A stretch of 64,000 bases of DNA from an uncultured Actinomycetota bacterium. Lineage in GTDB: Bacteria; Actinomycetota; Actinomycetes; Propionibacteriales; Nocardioidaceae. Within the stretch, counting starts at the first letter, position 1. Each line of letters opens with the position of its first letter. The stretch spans positions 529,508 to 593,507 of the forward strand of contig CAWBBT010000001.1 of NCBI GenBank assembly GCA_963787165.1. The letters run 5' to 3'. The notes under the pieces are model-generated. The model searched no databases, had not been told where the DNA came from, and saw nothing but the letters and a program-made list of their open reading frames with translations. Both the position numbers and the translations under genes were made by a program. This document shows, piece by piece, positions 29,112 to 39,394 of the stretch.

Positions 29112-29795
29112 GTGCAGTCCACGCAGATCGACCAGCGAGTGTCACTCGCGGTGTCGACCGTCGTCTTCGCCCTGCGACCGCACCCTCGCACGGGCCACGA
29201 CACGCTCTGGCTCCCGCTCGTCCGCCGCATCCGCGAGCCCTACGAGGGCGCCTGGGCACTGCCCGGCGGCCCGTTGGAGAGTGACGAGGACCTGGCCGCC
29301 TCGGCGCGCAACACGCTCGAGCGCACCACCGGCCTGACCACCAACTACCTCGAGCAGCTGTACTCGTTCGGCGAGGTCGACCGCTCACCGGCCGACCGGG
29401 TCGTCTCGATCGTCTACTGGGCGCTCGTGCGCCCCGACGAGGCCGCCCGCGCCGTTGATGGCGAGAACGTCGAGTGGTTCGTGGCCGACGAGGTGCCTGA
29501 GCTCGCCTTCGACCACAACCGCATCGTCGAGTACGCCCTCGGCCGGTTGCGGGCCAAGATCACCTACTCGCCGATCGCGCACGCCTTCCTGAACCCCGAG
29601 TTCACCCTCGCCGAGCTGCGTGAGGTCCACGAAGCCGTGCTGCGCAAGCCACTCGATCCCGCCAACTTCCGACGTCAGGTCCTGGCGAGCAACACCGTGG
29701 TCCCCACGGGCACCTGCGTCACCGGAACCAGTCACCGCCCACCGGCGCTGTACCGGTTCGATCCCGCATCCACCACCACCAGGGAGCGACCATGA
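29112..29795 (+). CDS. nrtR: NrtR family Nudix-related transcriptional regulator
   Basis: WALPGGPLESDEDL, YLEQLYSFG, LAFDHNRIV, FTLAELREVHEAVL and DPANFRR motifs. Confidence 0.9.
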   Translation: MQSTQIDQRVSLAVSTVVFALRPHPRTGHDTLWLPLVRRIREPYEGAWALPGGPLESDEDLAASARNTLERTTGLTTNYLEQLYSFGEVDRSPADRVVSIVYWALVRPDEAARAVDGENVEWFVADEVPELAFDHNRIVEYALGRLRAKITYSPIAHAFLNPEFTLAELREVHEAVLRKPLDPANFRRQVLASNTVVPTGTCVTGTSHRPPALYRFDPASTTTRERP

Positions 29796-29846
29796 CCACG
29801 ACTTCGATCGACTCCGCCGCCGAACCGGTCGGTCAACGACCAGATC

Positions 29847-31085
29847 GTGGCCGACCCGTCGGCGAGCTGCGACGTCGAGCTCGCGGAGGGTCCGTGGATC
29901 TTCGACCTCGTTCCCGGGTACGGCCCCGGCTGCTCCGAGGACGACGTCATCCCGGACCCCGTCGTGCGTCCCGGCCAGCTGCCGGTCGAGTACCAGAAGA
30001 TGAGCGACGACGAGCTGCACGCCCGCATCCGGGCGGCCAGGGAGAAGCTCGGCGAACGGGTCGTCATCCTCGGGCACTTCTACCAGCGTGACGAGGTCGT
30101 GCAGTACGCCGACTTCGTGGGCGACTCCTTCCAGCTCGCCAACGCCGCCCTCACCAAGCCCGACGCCGAGACCATCGTGTTCTGCGGCGTGCACTTCATG
30201 GCCGAGACGGCCGACATCCTGGCCCGTCCCGAGCAGCACGTCATCCTGCCCAACCTGGCGGCCGGGTGCTCGATGGCCGACATGGCCGACGAGGAGTCCG
30301 TCGAGGCCGCATGGGAGGAGCTCACCGAGATCTACGGCGAGGAGCCGGACCAGGACGGCAAGCAGCCCGTCATCCCGGTCACGTACATGAACTCCTCGGC
30401 CGCGCTCAAGGCGTTCTGCGGCCGGCACGGCGGCATCGTGTGCACGTCGTCCAATGCCTCGACCGTGCTGGAGTGGGCGTTCGAACGTGGCCAGCGGGTG
30501 CTGTTCTTCCCCGACCAGCACCTCGGCCGCAACACCGCCAAGGCCATGGGCGTCCCGCTCGAGCAGATGCCGACCTGGAATCCGCACCGTCCGCTCGGAG
30601 GCAACACCGTCGAGCGGCTGCAGGACGCCAAGGTGCTGCTGTGGCACGGGTTCTGCTCGGTGCACAAGCGCTTCACGGTCGCCCAGATCGAGAAGGCCCG
30701 CGCGGAGCATCCCGGCGTCAAGGTCATCGTGCACCCCGAGGCGCCGATGCCGGTCGTCGACGCCGCGGACGCGTTCGGCTCCACCGACAAGATCCGCCGG
30801 TTCGTCGCTGCGGCCGACCCGGGAGACGTCATCGCGATCGGCACCGAGATCAACATGGTCAACCGCCTCGCCGCGGAGTACCCGGACCGCACGGTCTTCT
30901 GCCTCGACCCGGTCGTGTGCCCGTGCTCGACGATGTACCGCATCCATCCGGGCTACCTCGCGTGGACGCTCGACGGGCTCGTCGAGGGCGAGGTCCGCAA
31001 CGAGATCGTGGTCGAGGACGACGTCGCCCGCGACGCCAAGGTCGCGCTCGAGCGCATGCTCGCCGCCCTCCCGAAGGGAGCCTGA
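29847..31085 (+). CDS. nadA: Quinolinate synthase; true start probably ATG 29792 across a +1 frame switch
   Basis: ILGHFYQRDEV, FCGVHFMAET, AGCSMAD, YMNS, CSVH and CPCSTM motifs. Confidence 0.93.
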   Translation: MADPSASCDVELAEGPWIFDLVPGYGPGCSEDDVIPDPVVRPGQLPVEYQKMSDDELHARIRAAREKLGERVVILGHFYQRDEVVQYADFVGDSFQLANAALTKPDAETIVFCGVHFMAETADILARPEQHVILPNLAAGCSMADMADEESVEAAWEELTEIYGEEPDQDGKQPVIPVTYMNSSAALKAFCGRHGGIVCTSSNASTVLEWAFERGQRVLFFPDQHLGRNTAKAMGVPLEQMPTWNPHRPLGGNTVERLQDAKVLLWHGFCSVHKRFTVAQIEKARAEHPGVKVIVHPEAPMPVVDAADAFGSTDKIRRFVAAADPGDVIAIGTEINMVNRLAAEYPDRTVFCLDPVVCPCSTMYRIHPGYLAWTLDGLVEGEVRNEIVVEDDVARDAKVALERMLAALPKGA

Positions 31086-31086
31086 C

Positions 31087-32613
31087 GTGCGTCTCGTCAT
31101 CGTGGGGAGCGGCGTCGCCGGGCTGACGGCGGCTCTCGAGGCCGTCGAGGCCGGGCACGACGTCACCCTGTTCACCAAGTCCGACCTCGCGCAGAGCAAC
31201 ACGCGCTACGCGCAGGGCGGGGTCGCGGTCGTCATGACCAGCGACGACACCGTGGCCGAGCACGTCCAGGACACGCTGATCGCCGGCGCGGGCCTCAGCG
31301 ACGAGGACACCGTCGAGGTCCTGTGCAGTGAAGGCCCTGAGGCGATCCGCGAGCTCATCGAGCGCGGCGTGGAGTTCGACCGGCACGGTGAGGGCCTCGC
31401 CCACGGGCTGGAGGCGGCTCACTCGCACGCCCGGATCCTGCACGCCGGGGGAGACGCGACCGGGGCCGGCATCGCCTACGCCCTCATCGACCGACTGCGC
31501 GAGAGTGACGTCGACGTGCACGAGCGCACGACGGTCGTCGACCTGGTGATCGAGGACGCACGGTGCGTCGGCATTCGGCTGCTGGACGGCACCGAGCTCC
31601 GGGCGGACTCCGTCGTGCTCGCGACCGGCGGCGCCGGCCAGCTGTTCCCCTACACGACGAATCCCGAGGTCGCGACGGCCGACGGGCTCGCCATGGCACT
31701 GCGCGCGGGTGCCGTCGCGGCCGACCTGGAGTTCTACCAGTTCCATCCCACCTCCCTGGCCGCGCCTGGCAACTTCCTGGTCTCGGAGGCGGTCCGCGGC
31801 GAAGGCGCCGTGCTGATCGACGAGGAGGGGCACCGGTTCATGACCGACGTCCATCCCGACGCCGAGCTCGCTCCACGTGACGTCGTGGCCCGCGGCATCG
31901 CCGCACAGATGACGCGCCAGAAGGGCAAGCCTGTCCGGCTGGACGCGACGGCGCTGGGCGAGCAGGGGCACGCCGGCGAGTTCCTCGCGAATCGGTTTCC
32001 GAACATCGACGCGGCCTGCCGCTCGCAGGGTTTCGACTGGGGCGAGCAACCGATCCCGGTCACGCCTGCGGCGCACTATTACATGGGCGGCATCCGTACC
32101 GACGAGTGGGGACGCACCTCCGTGCCCGGGCTGTACGCCGTCGGCGAGGCGGCCTGCAACGGCCTGCACGGTGCCAACCGACTGGCCTCCAACTCGCTGC
32201 TCGAAGGCGCCGTCTACGGCACCCGGGTCGTCGAGGCTCTCGGCAGGCCCGGTGGGTCCGACGACTTCGGCGCTGACTGGACCGAGCCGGTCGGGGTCGA
32301 GCTCGGCGACACCTCTCCGCACGACGATGCGGAGTCGCTCACCCGTGACGATCTGCAGCAGCTCATGTGGGACGCCGCCGGGCTCTCACGCAACGGCGAC
32401 GACCTCCGCGACGCGGCCGTCCGGCTGGCGTCGTGGCGGGCGCCCGACGTCACGGATGCAAAGTCGGCCGAGGACGCCAACCTGCTCGTCGTCGCGCGGG
32501 CCGTGGTGGCCAGTGCGCTGCATCGCGAGGAGTCACGTGGCGGGCACTACCGCACCGACTTCCCCGAGCCCGATCCCGCGCAGGCACGCCACTCCTCGGT
32601 GCAGGCGATCTGA
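31087..32613 (+). CDS. nadB: L-aspartate oxidase
   Basis: GSGVAGL, YAQGG, LEAAHSHARILHAGGDATG, QFHPT, AHYYMGG, GLHGANRLASNSLLE and ESRGGH motifs. Confidence 0.95.
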   Translation: MRLVIVGSGVAGLTAALEAVEAGHDVTLFTKSDLAQSNTRYAQGGVAVVMTSDDTVAEHVQDTLIAGAGLSDEDTVEVLCSEGPEAIRELIERGVEFDRHGEGLAHGLEAAHSHARILHAGGDATGAGIAYALIDRLRESDVDVHERTTVVDLVIEDARCVGIRLLDGTELRADSVVLATGGAGQLFPYTTNPEVATADGLAMALRAGAVAADLEFYQFHPTSLAAPGNFLVSEAVRGEGAVLIDEEGHRFMTDVHPDAELAPRDVVARGIAAQMTRQKGKPVRLDATALGEQGHAGEFLANRFPNIDAACRSQGFDWGEQPIPVTPAAHYYMGGIRTDEWGRTSVPGLYAVGEAACNGLHGANRLASNSLLEGAVYGTRVVEALGRPGGSDDFGADWTEPVGVELGDTSPHDDAESLTRDDLQQLMWDAAGLSRNGDDLRDAAVRLASWRAPDVTDAKSAEDANLLVVARAVVASALHREESRGGHYRTDFPEPDPAQARHSSVQAI

Positions 32614-33498
32614 ATGCTGAGCCGCCACCAGATCGAACGGGTCGTCGACCTCGCGCTCGAGGAGGACGCGCCGTTCGGCGACCTCACGTCTGAGGCCTTC
32701 ATCCCGGCCGGCGCCCTGGCCACGGCCGACCTCGTCGCGCGGGAGCCTGGCGTGCTGGCCGGTGCCGAGGTCTTCGCGATCGCGATGAGCCGCCGCGACT
32801 TCGCCGTCAAGGTCACGAACGCGATGCCCGACGCTACGAGGTTCGAGGCCGGCGACGTCCTGGCGTCGGTCTCCGGCCCGGCTCGGTCGGTGCTGCAGGC
32901 CGAACGAGTCGCCCTCAACCTCCTCCAGCGCATGAGCGGCATCGCCACGTCGACCGCCGCGTACGTCGCTGCGGTCGAGGGCACCGGCGTCCGGGTCGTC
33001 GACACCCGCAAGACCACGCCCGGGCTGCGCGCCCTCGAACGTCATGCCGTGGTGTGCGGCGGCGGCCACAACCACCGGTTCTCGCTCTCCGACGCCGTGA
33101 TGGCCAAGGACAACCACCTGGCCCTCGTCGACAGTGTCGAAGGTGGGGTCACCGCCGCCATCCGCGCTGCCGCCGAGACGCTGCCGCACACGACGCACAT
33201 CGAGGTCGAGGTCGACCGCCTCGACCAGATCGAGCCCGTGCTCGCCTCCGGCAAGGTCGGCACGATCATGCTCGACAACTTCGACCTCGACGGGCTCCGC
33301 CGGGGAGTCGAGCTCGTCGGTGAGCGCGCGCTGGTCGAGGCGAGCGGCGGCATCACCCTCGACACCATCGCCGACGTCGCGGCCACGGGGGTCGACATCA
33401 TCAGCGTCGGCGCGCTCACGCACAGTGTCAGGGCCCTCGATCTCGCTCTTGACGTGCGCGTCGGCCCGGCTGGGGCGCCGGGCCCTGGGCGGCATTGA
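32614..33498 (+). CDS. nadC: Nicotinate-nucleotide pyrophosphorylase (carboxylating)
   Basis: ERVALNLLQRMSGIAT, DTRKTTPGLR, HRFSLSDAVMAKDNH, MLDNF and EASGG motifs. Confidence 0.95.
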   Translation: MLSRHQIERVVDLALEEDAPFGDLTSEAFIPAGALATADLVAREPGVLAGAEVFAIAMSRRDFAVKVTNAMPDATRFEAGDVLASVSGPARSVLQAERVALNLLQRMSGIATSTAAYVAAVEGTGVRVVDTRKTTPGLRALERHAVVCGGGHNHRFSLSDAVMAKDNHLALVDSVEGGVTAAIRAAAETLPHTTHIEVEVDRLDQIEPVLASGKVGTIMLDNFDLDGLRRGVELVGERALVEASGGITLDTIADVAATGVDIISVGALTHSVRALDLALDVRVGPAGAPGPGRH

Positions 33499-33508
33499 GC
33501 ACAGTGCC

Positions 33509-34636
33509 ATGATCTACCTGGACGAAGCCGCCACGACGCCGCTCAAGCGTGACGTGCTCGCGGCGATGGGGCCGTACCTCGGGCCGGAGTTCGGCAACCC
33601 GTCGAGCCACCACGAGGTCGGCGAGGTCGCGCTCCGGGCGCTCGACCAGGCCCGCGCCGACGTCGCCTCAGCCCTGGGTGCGCGGGCCGGCGAGATCACG
33701 TTCACCTCGGGCGGCACCGAGTCGGACAACGCCGCCGTCAAAGGCATCGCCCTTGCCGCGCCGCGTGGCCGCCACGTCGTGGTCAGCGCGATCGAGCATC
33801 CCGCGGTGCTGGAGTCGGCCGCGTTCCTGGGACGCACCGGATTCGAGGTCACGACCCTGGGCGTCGACCACGAGGGACGCGTCTCGCCCGACGATCTCGC
33901 TGCCGTGCTGAGGGACGACACGACGCTGGTGAGCATCCAGCTGGCGAACAACGAGGTCGGTACCGTCCAGGAGATCGCCGGGCTGGCAGCACTGGCGAGC
34001 GAGCGCGGCATCCCCTTCCACACCGATGCCGTGCAGGCCGCAGGCTGGCTCGATCTCGACGTCGCCCGCCTGGGCGTCCAGGCGTTGAGCATCTCCGGCC
34101 ACAAGCTGGGCGCGCCGAAGGGTGTCGGCGTGCTCTACATGGGCCGGCGCACGCCGTTCGAGCCGCTCATCCACGGCGGCGGACAAGAGTCCGGACGCCG
34201 ATCGGGAACGGAGAACGTCGCGGGTGCCGTGGGGCTGGCCGCGGCGCTGCGGCTGGCGTCCGGCCCGTCTGACGACGTCGTTGCTCGTCGCGACGCCTTC
34301 ATCGCCCGGGTGGAGTCCGAGATCGGGGGCGCCGAGCTCACCGGGCATCGCACCCACCGGCTCCCCGGCAGTGCGTCCTTCGTCTTTCCCGGCACGAGCG
34401 GGGAGTCGATCCTGCTCGACCTGGAACGGCGGGGCATCGTGTGCTCGAGCGGGTCGGCGTGCGCAGCGGGCAGCGATGAGCCCTCGCACGTGCTCACCGC
34501 GATGGGCTACGACCGCGAGATCGCGCAGACCGCCGTGCGATTCACCTTCGGCCGCGCGACCTCGGACGCCAACCTGGCGGAAGCAGCCAATGCCCTGATC
34601 GCCGTCATGTCGGCCGACCCGGCCGCGCCGGTGTGA
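33509..34636 (+). CDS. nifS: Cysteine desulfurase (NifS/IscS type) associated with the nad operon
   Basis: IYLDEAATTP, FTSGGTESDN, HTDAVQ, SGHK and SSGSAC motifs. Confidence 0.92.
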   Translation: MIYLDEAATTPLKRDVLAAMGPYLGPEFGNPSSHHEVGEVALRALDQARADVASALGARAGEITFTSGGTESDNAAVKGIALAAPRGRHVVVSAIEHPAVLESAAFLGRTGFEVTTLGVDHEGRVSPDDLAAVLRDDTTLVSIQLANNEVGTVQEIAGLAALASERGIPFHTDAVQAAGWLDLDVARLGVQALSISGHKLGAPKGVGVLYMGRRTPFEPLIHGGGQESGRRSGTENVAGAVGLAAALRLASGPSDDVVARRDAFIARVESEIGGAELTGHRTHRLPGSASFVFPGTSGESILLDLERRGIVCSSGSACAAGSDEPSHVLTAMGYDREIAQTAVRFTFGRATSDANLAEAANALIAVMSADPAAPV

Positions 34637-35270
34637 CCAGACTGCACTCGTAGGCGAGAACGACGGCCTGCACGCGGTCGCGCAGGCCAAGCTTCATCAG
34701 GATTCGGGCCACATGGGTCTTCACGGTGTTCTCGGTGACGAACAGTGTCTCGGCGATCTCGGCGTTCGACAGGCCACGCGCGATCTGCACCAGCACCTCT
34801 GTCTCACGTTCGGTCAGTCGGTCAACCGACGCCGTCGGCGGCTGTCGCGAGCGCTGGGCGAACTCCGCGATCAGCGCTCGGGTGACGGACGGCGCGAACA
34901 ACGATCCTCCGTCCGCGACCACCCTGATGGCCATGATGAGTCGTTCTTCGGGTGCATCCTTGAGGAGGAATCCGCTCGCGCCGGCACGAAGAGCGTCGTA
35001 GACGACGTCGTCGAGGTCGAACGTGGTGAGCACCAGGACCTTCGGCGGCGCGCCGGTTGCTGTGACGGCGCGCGTCGCATCGATCCCGTCGACACCGGGC
35101 ATGCGCACGTCCATCAGCACCACGTCCGGTGAGAGCTCGGCGCAGACGCTGATCGCCTCGGCCCCGTCGGCGGCTTCCCCGACGACTTCGATGTCGTCGA
35201 CAGCACTGAGGATCATCCGCAGGCCCGTGCGCACCAGCGGCTGATCGTCGGCCAGCACGACTCGGATCAT
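34605..35270 (-). CDS. NarL/LuxR family response regulator
   Basis: RVVLADDQ, DVVLMDVRMP, GASGFLLK and LTERETEVL...GLSNAEIA motifs. Confidence 0.95.
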   Translation of the reverse strand: MIRVVLADDQPLVRTGLRMILSAVDDIEVVGEAADGAEAISVCAELSPDVVLMDVRMPGVDGIDATRAVTATGAPPKVLVLTTFDLDDVVYDALRAGASGFLLKDAPEERLIMAIRVVADGGSLFAPSVTRALIAEFAQRSRQPPTASVDRLTERETEVLVQIARGLSNAEIAETLFVTENTVKTHVARILMKLGLRDRVQAVVLAYECSLVTPARPGRPT

Positions 35271-36409
35271 CTGAGCGACTCCAACGCAAAGGGAAGCCTG
35301 GCGCGAACCTCGAATCCGCCGGCGGCCGCCGGCTCAGCCACCACGGTGCCGCCGACCACAGCCACGCGCTCGCGGATGCCAGCCAGCCCGTGGCCCGAGC
35401 CGTTCGGTGCCTCAGCGCCGCGGCCGTCGTCAACAACCGTGACGCGGAGGTCGTCAGCCGAGTAGGCGATGGTGACCGTGGCCGTGGCGCCCTCGCCCGA
35501 GTGCTTCATGACATTCGTCAGTGATTCCTGGACGATGCGGTAGGCCGACAGGTCGACCCCGGGCGGCACCGGACCGGGCTCGCCCGTGATCGACAGATCG
35601 ATGGGAAGGCCCGCCCGTCGCACCTGCTCGACCAGCCGCTCGAGGTTGGCGAGGCTGGGCTGCGGCGCTGCCCGTCCGTGTCCGGCCTCGGAGTCGGTGT
35701 CGCGCAACACCGCGAGGAGCCTGCGCATGTCGGACAAGGCCGCCGTGTTGGTCTGCTCGATCGCGTCGAGTGCGTCGCGGACGGCTTCCTCGTCACGGCC
35801 GATCATCGTCCGCCCACCGCGGGCCTGCAGCACCGTCACCGAGATGGCGTGGGACACCACGTCGTGTAGCTCGCGAGCGATCCGAGCTCGTTCTCGGGCG
35901 ATGGCCTGTTCGCTCTCGACGACGAGTGTCCGCTCGCGTTCTCGTCTCAGGCGGATCGCAACGCCTGCGGCCCACGGTGTACCGACGAACAGGGTGCCGA
36001 AGCCGATGGCTCCCAGCTCGACCGAGGTGCCCTGGGCGTTCGCGTCTCCGACCACGAACACGATGATGTAGGTCAGCACGAACACCATGCCCACCCAGAC
36101 CGCCGCTCCGCGGGTCCACCGACCGAGGGAGTAGAGCGAGACGAAGAAGACCAGGAGGAACCCCAGCGAGTCGTTGTCGAGGCCGTCGGCAAAGCGGAGC
36201 GTTCCCCACGATCCGAGCGCAGCGACAAGGAATGACGGCAGCACCACGACGCGACGCCAGGCCAAGGCCATGGCCGCAAGCACGGACGTCACCACCGCCT
36301 CAGGCAGCTGCGCGTCCGGCCAAGACAGCACCTCGATCGCGAAGATCACGGCGACGCCGCCGGCCAGCGCGGCATCACCGTACCGCTGCAAGAGGCGCCT
36401 GAGGTGCAT
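35267..36409 (-). CDS. HisKA_3 sensor histidine kinase
   Basis: Multiple TM segments, ERARIARELHDVVSH, YRIVQESLTN and DDGRG...GHGLAGIRER motifs. Confidence 0.93.
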   Translation of the reverse strand: MHLRRLLQRYGDAALAGGVAVIFAIEVLSWPDAQLPEAVVTSVLAAMALAWRRVVVLPSFLVAALGSWGTLRFADGLDNDSLGFLLVFFVSLYSLGRWTRGAAVWVGMVFVLTYIIVFVVGDANAQGTSVELGAIGFGTLFVGTPWAAGVAIRLRRERERTLVVESEQAIARERARIARELHDVVSHAISVTVLQARGGRTMIGRDEEAVRDALDAIEQTNTAALSDMRRLLAVLRDTDSEAGHGRAAPQPSLANLERLVEQVRRAGLPIDLSITGEPGPVPPGVDLSAYRIVQESLTNVMKHSGEGATATVTIAYSADDLRVTVVDDGRGAEAPNGSGHGLAGIRERVAVVGGTVVAEPAAAGGFEVRARLPFALESLR

Positions 36410-36556
36410 GAATCCACGGTAGGCGCGAAGAACCCGGAGCGGGTCACTCTTGAGAATGACGCTCTCACGGGTGATCAGGTTCGTCGTGCAGGGCGACGAC
36501 GGGCCGGCTGTGACGACGTTGACTCGGTGGTGTCGCAACCACCCTCGGAAGGAAAC

Positions 36557-37006
36557 ATGATGTCCTCCACCTCAACCACCACGTCCATCGACCGGAACAG
36601 CCTCCGGAGCCTGGTCGTCCCGACCGGTATCGCCACGGCGGTCGTGTCGACCGTCTTCACCTACCTGGGAGCCCATGACCCGGGCGAGTACATCAGCATG
36701 ATCGCTCTCGGACTGGTGTCGGCCGCCGTCGTCTACGGGTGGGTGGTGCCGCGAGCTCTCGAGCGGTCTGCCGCACCCAAGACCGCGATGGCGATGTCCG
36801 TGATCGCCGCGCTGCTCACCCTTCCGGCGTTCTGGACTGGACTCCCGCTCGTGCTCGGTGCCGCCGGGGCGCTGGTCGGTGCCGCCGGCCGTGGTGCCTC
36901 GAAGGGATCTGGTCTCTCCATCGCGGCACTGCTCATCGGGGCGTTGTCGGTGCTTGGCTACCTGGCGATCTACATCGTCGACGGAATCGTGATGGGCAAC
37001 CTCTGA
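36557..37006 (+). CDS. Small 4-5 TM membrane protein, divergent from the two-component system
   Basis: RBS GGAAGG + ATG; hydrophobic helices. Confidence 0.75.
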   Translation: MMSSTSTTTSIDRNSLRSLVVPTGIATAVVSTVFTYLGAHDPGEYISMIALGLVSAAVVYGWVVPRALERSAAPKTAMAMSVIAALLTLPAFWTGLPLVLGAAGALVGAAGRGASKGSGLSIAALLIGALSVLGYLAIYIVDGIVMGNL

Positions 37007-37082
37007 TCGTCGCCCGATGCCAGACGGGCCTCCTCCGCGCGGAGGAGGCCCGCTGGCGCGTCCTGAGTACGCTGGTGTGGCC

Positions 37083-38312
37083 ATGACTTCCCCTCGTCGC
37101 ACCACCTACCTCGACCATGCGGCCACGACGCCGATGGTCCCCGAGGCGATCGCCGTGATGACCGAGGAACTGGCTCGCACCGGCAACGCGTCGAGCCTGC
37201 ACGGCTCCGGCCGAGCCGCGCGCCGGACCGTCGAGGAGGCGCGCGAGCTGATCGCCGAGAAGCTGGGCGCCCGGCCGAGCGAGGTGGTGTTCTGCTCGGG
37301 TGGCACCGAGGCGAACAACCTCGCCATCAAGGGCCTGTACTGGTCGAGGCTCGAGCAGGACCCCGCCTGCAACCGCATCGTCTTCAGCTCCGTCGAGCAC
37401 CACGCCCTGCTCGATCCCGTCACCTGGCTCGCCGCCCACGAAGGTGCGCGGGTCGACACGACACCGGTCGACCGCCAGGGCCGCATCATCGTGGATGCGC
37501 TACGCGAGGCGGTCGAGTCGGATCCGGCCAGCGTCGCCGCCGTCACCACCATGTGGGCCAACAACGAGATGGGCACCGTGCAGCCGATCGCCGAGGTCGT
37601 CGCCATCGCGCGCGAGCACGGCATCCCCGTGCACAGCGACGCCGTCCAGGCGGCCGGCTACCTCCCGCTCGACTTCGGTGCGTCCGGTCTCGACGCCATG
37701 ACGGTCACCGCGCACAAGCTGGGCGGCCCGGTCGGCATCGGCGCGCTCGTCATCGAGCGCGACCTGCAGCCGACGCCGCTGCTGCACGGTGGCGGCCAGG
37801 AGCGCGACCTGCGTTCAGGGACGATCGGTGTCCCCCTCATCGCCGCGTTCGCCAAGGCGATGGAGGTCAGTGTCGACCACCAGGCCGAGTCCTCCGCGCG
37901 CATCGAGGCGTTGCGGGCGCGGATGGTCGACGGCATCCGCCGCGTCGTGCCGGACGCGATCATCAACGGCGACCCGGACCCCGGCCCACAGCACCGGCTG
38001 CCGAACATCGCCCACGTCACGTTCCCCGGCTGCGAGGGCGACGCGATGCTGATGCTCCTCGACGCCCAGGGCATCGAGTGCTCGACCGGTTCGGCCTGCG
38101 ACGCCGGGGTGCCCCAGCCCAGCCACGTGCTTTTGGCGATGGGCTACGACGACGTCGCGGCCCGCGGATCGCTGCGGTTCAGCCTCGGACACACGTCAAC
38201 CGAAGCCGATGTCGACGCCCTGATCGCCGCGCTCCCCGCGGTCCACGACCGCGCCCTCGCCGCGAGCCAGGTGCGGAGCACCTTCGACGGCACAGTGAGG
38301 AGTGCATCGTGA
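37083..38312 (+). CDS. iscS: Cysteine desulfurase IscS (mnmA-associated)
   Basis: [29 protein letters not shown] and STGSAC motifs. Confidence 0.93.
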   Translation: MTSPRRTTYLDHAATTPMVPEAIAVMTEELARTGNASSLHGSGRAARRTVEEARELIAEKLGARPSEVVFCSGGTEANNLAIKGLYWSRLEQDPACNRIVFSSVEHHALLDPVTWLAAHEGARVDTTPVDRQGRIIVDALREAVESDPASVAAVTTMWANNEMGTVQPIAEVVAIAREHGIPVHSDAVQAAGYLPLDFGASGLDAMTVTAHKLGGPVGIGALVIERDLQPTPLLHGGGQERDLRSGTIGVPLIAAFAKAMEVSVDHQAESSARIEALRARMVDGIRRVVPDAIINGDPDPGPQHRLPNIAHVTFPGCEGDAMLMLLDAQGIECSTGSACDAGVPQPSHVLLAMGYDDVAARGSLRFSLGHTSTEADVDALIAALPAVHDRALAASQVRSTFDGTVRSAS

Positions 38313-39394
38313 GAGTCATTGCCGCCATGTCGGGCGGCGTCGACTCAGCGGTCGCCGCGGCGCGAGCCGTCGACGAAGGGCATGACGTCACGGGCGTCCA
38401 CCTCGCCCTGAGCCGCAACCCGCGCTCGTACCGATCGGGAGCCCGCGGGTGCTGCTCGATCGAGGACGCCGGAGACGCCCGCCGCGCGGCCGACGTGCTG
38501 GGCATCCCGTTCTACGTCTGGGACATGAGCGAGGAGTTCGCCGACGAGGTGGTCGACGACTTCGTGGCCGAGTACACCGCCGGCCGCACCCCGAACCCGT
38601 GCCTGCGGTGCAACGAGAAGATCAAGTTCGCCGCGGTGCTCGACCGTGCGCTCGCCCTCGGGTTCGACGGAGTCGTCACCGGGCACTACGCGCAGCTGCG
38701 GACGGCTGCGGACGAGACAGTCGAAATGCACCGGGCCGTCGACCATGGCAAGGACCAGTCGTACGTGCTCGGAGTGCTCACTCAGGACCAGCTGGCCCAC
38801 TCGCTGTTCCCCCTCGGCGGGAGCGACAAGACCGATGTCAGAGCCGAGGCCGAGCGCCGCGGGCTCCAGGTGGCGCACAAGCCCGACAGCCACGACATCT
38901 GCTTCGTCGCCGACGGCGACAACGCCGGCTGGCTGCGCGACAAGCTCGGCCCCAAGCCCGGCACGATCGTCGACGAGGACGGCACGACGTTGCGCGAGCA
39001 CGACGGCGCGTACGCCTTCACGATCGGTCAGCGGCGTGGGCTCCGCCTCGGCATCCCGGCCGACGACGGCAAGCCCCGGTTCGTGCTCGACATCGAGCCG
39101 ACGAGCGGCACCGTCACGGTCGGCCCGCGCGAGCACCTCCGGGTCGATGCGCTGGCCGGAGTCAAGCCGCTGTGGGCCGGTCGGGCCCCCGATGGACGGC
39201 TCGACTGCACGGTCCAGCTGCGCGCGCATGGCGACGAGCACGCGGCGTCGGTCGAGGTCGGCGACACAGAGGTCCGGGTCGAGCTGCGTGACCCCGCCTA
39301 CGGCATCGCTCCCGGCCAGGCCTGCGTCATCTACGACGGCACCCGCGTCGTCGGCTCAGCCACGATTGCCGAGACGCGTCGCGTGCAGGTGTGA
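38309..39394 (+). CDS. mnmA: tRNA 2-thiouridine(34) synthase
   Basis: [32 protein letters not shown] and DSHDICF motifs. Confidence 0.96.
   Translation: MRVIAAMSGGVDSAVAAARAVDEGHDVTGVHLALSRNPRSYRSGARGCCSIEDAGDARRAADVLGIPFYVWDMSEEFADEVVDDFVAEYTAGRTPNPCLRCNEKIKFAAVLDRALALGFDGVVTGHYAQLRTAADETVEMHRAVDHGKDQSYVLGVLTQDQLAHSLFPLGGSDKTDVRAEAERRGLQVAHKPDSHDICFVADGDNAGWLRDKLGPKPGTIVDEDGTTLREHDGAYAFTIGQRRGLRLGIPADDGKPRFVLDIEPTSGTVTVGPREHLRVDALAGVKPLWAGRAPDGRLDCTVQLRAHGDEHAASVEVGDTEVRVELRDPAYGIAPGQACVIYDGTRVVGSATIAETRRVQV

Noticed and set aside
34605-37006. Two-component islet as a mobile element
   Set aside because: No integrase, transposase, att site or terminal repeats were found.
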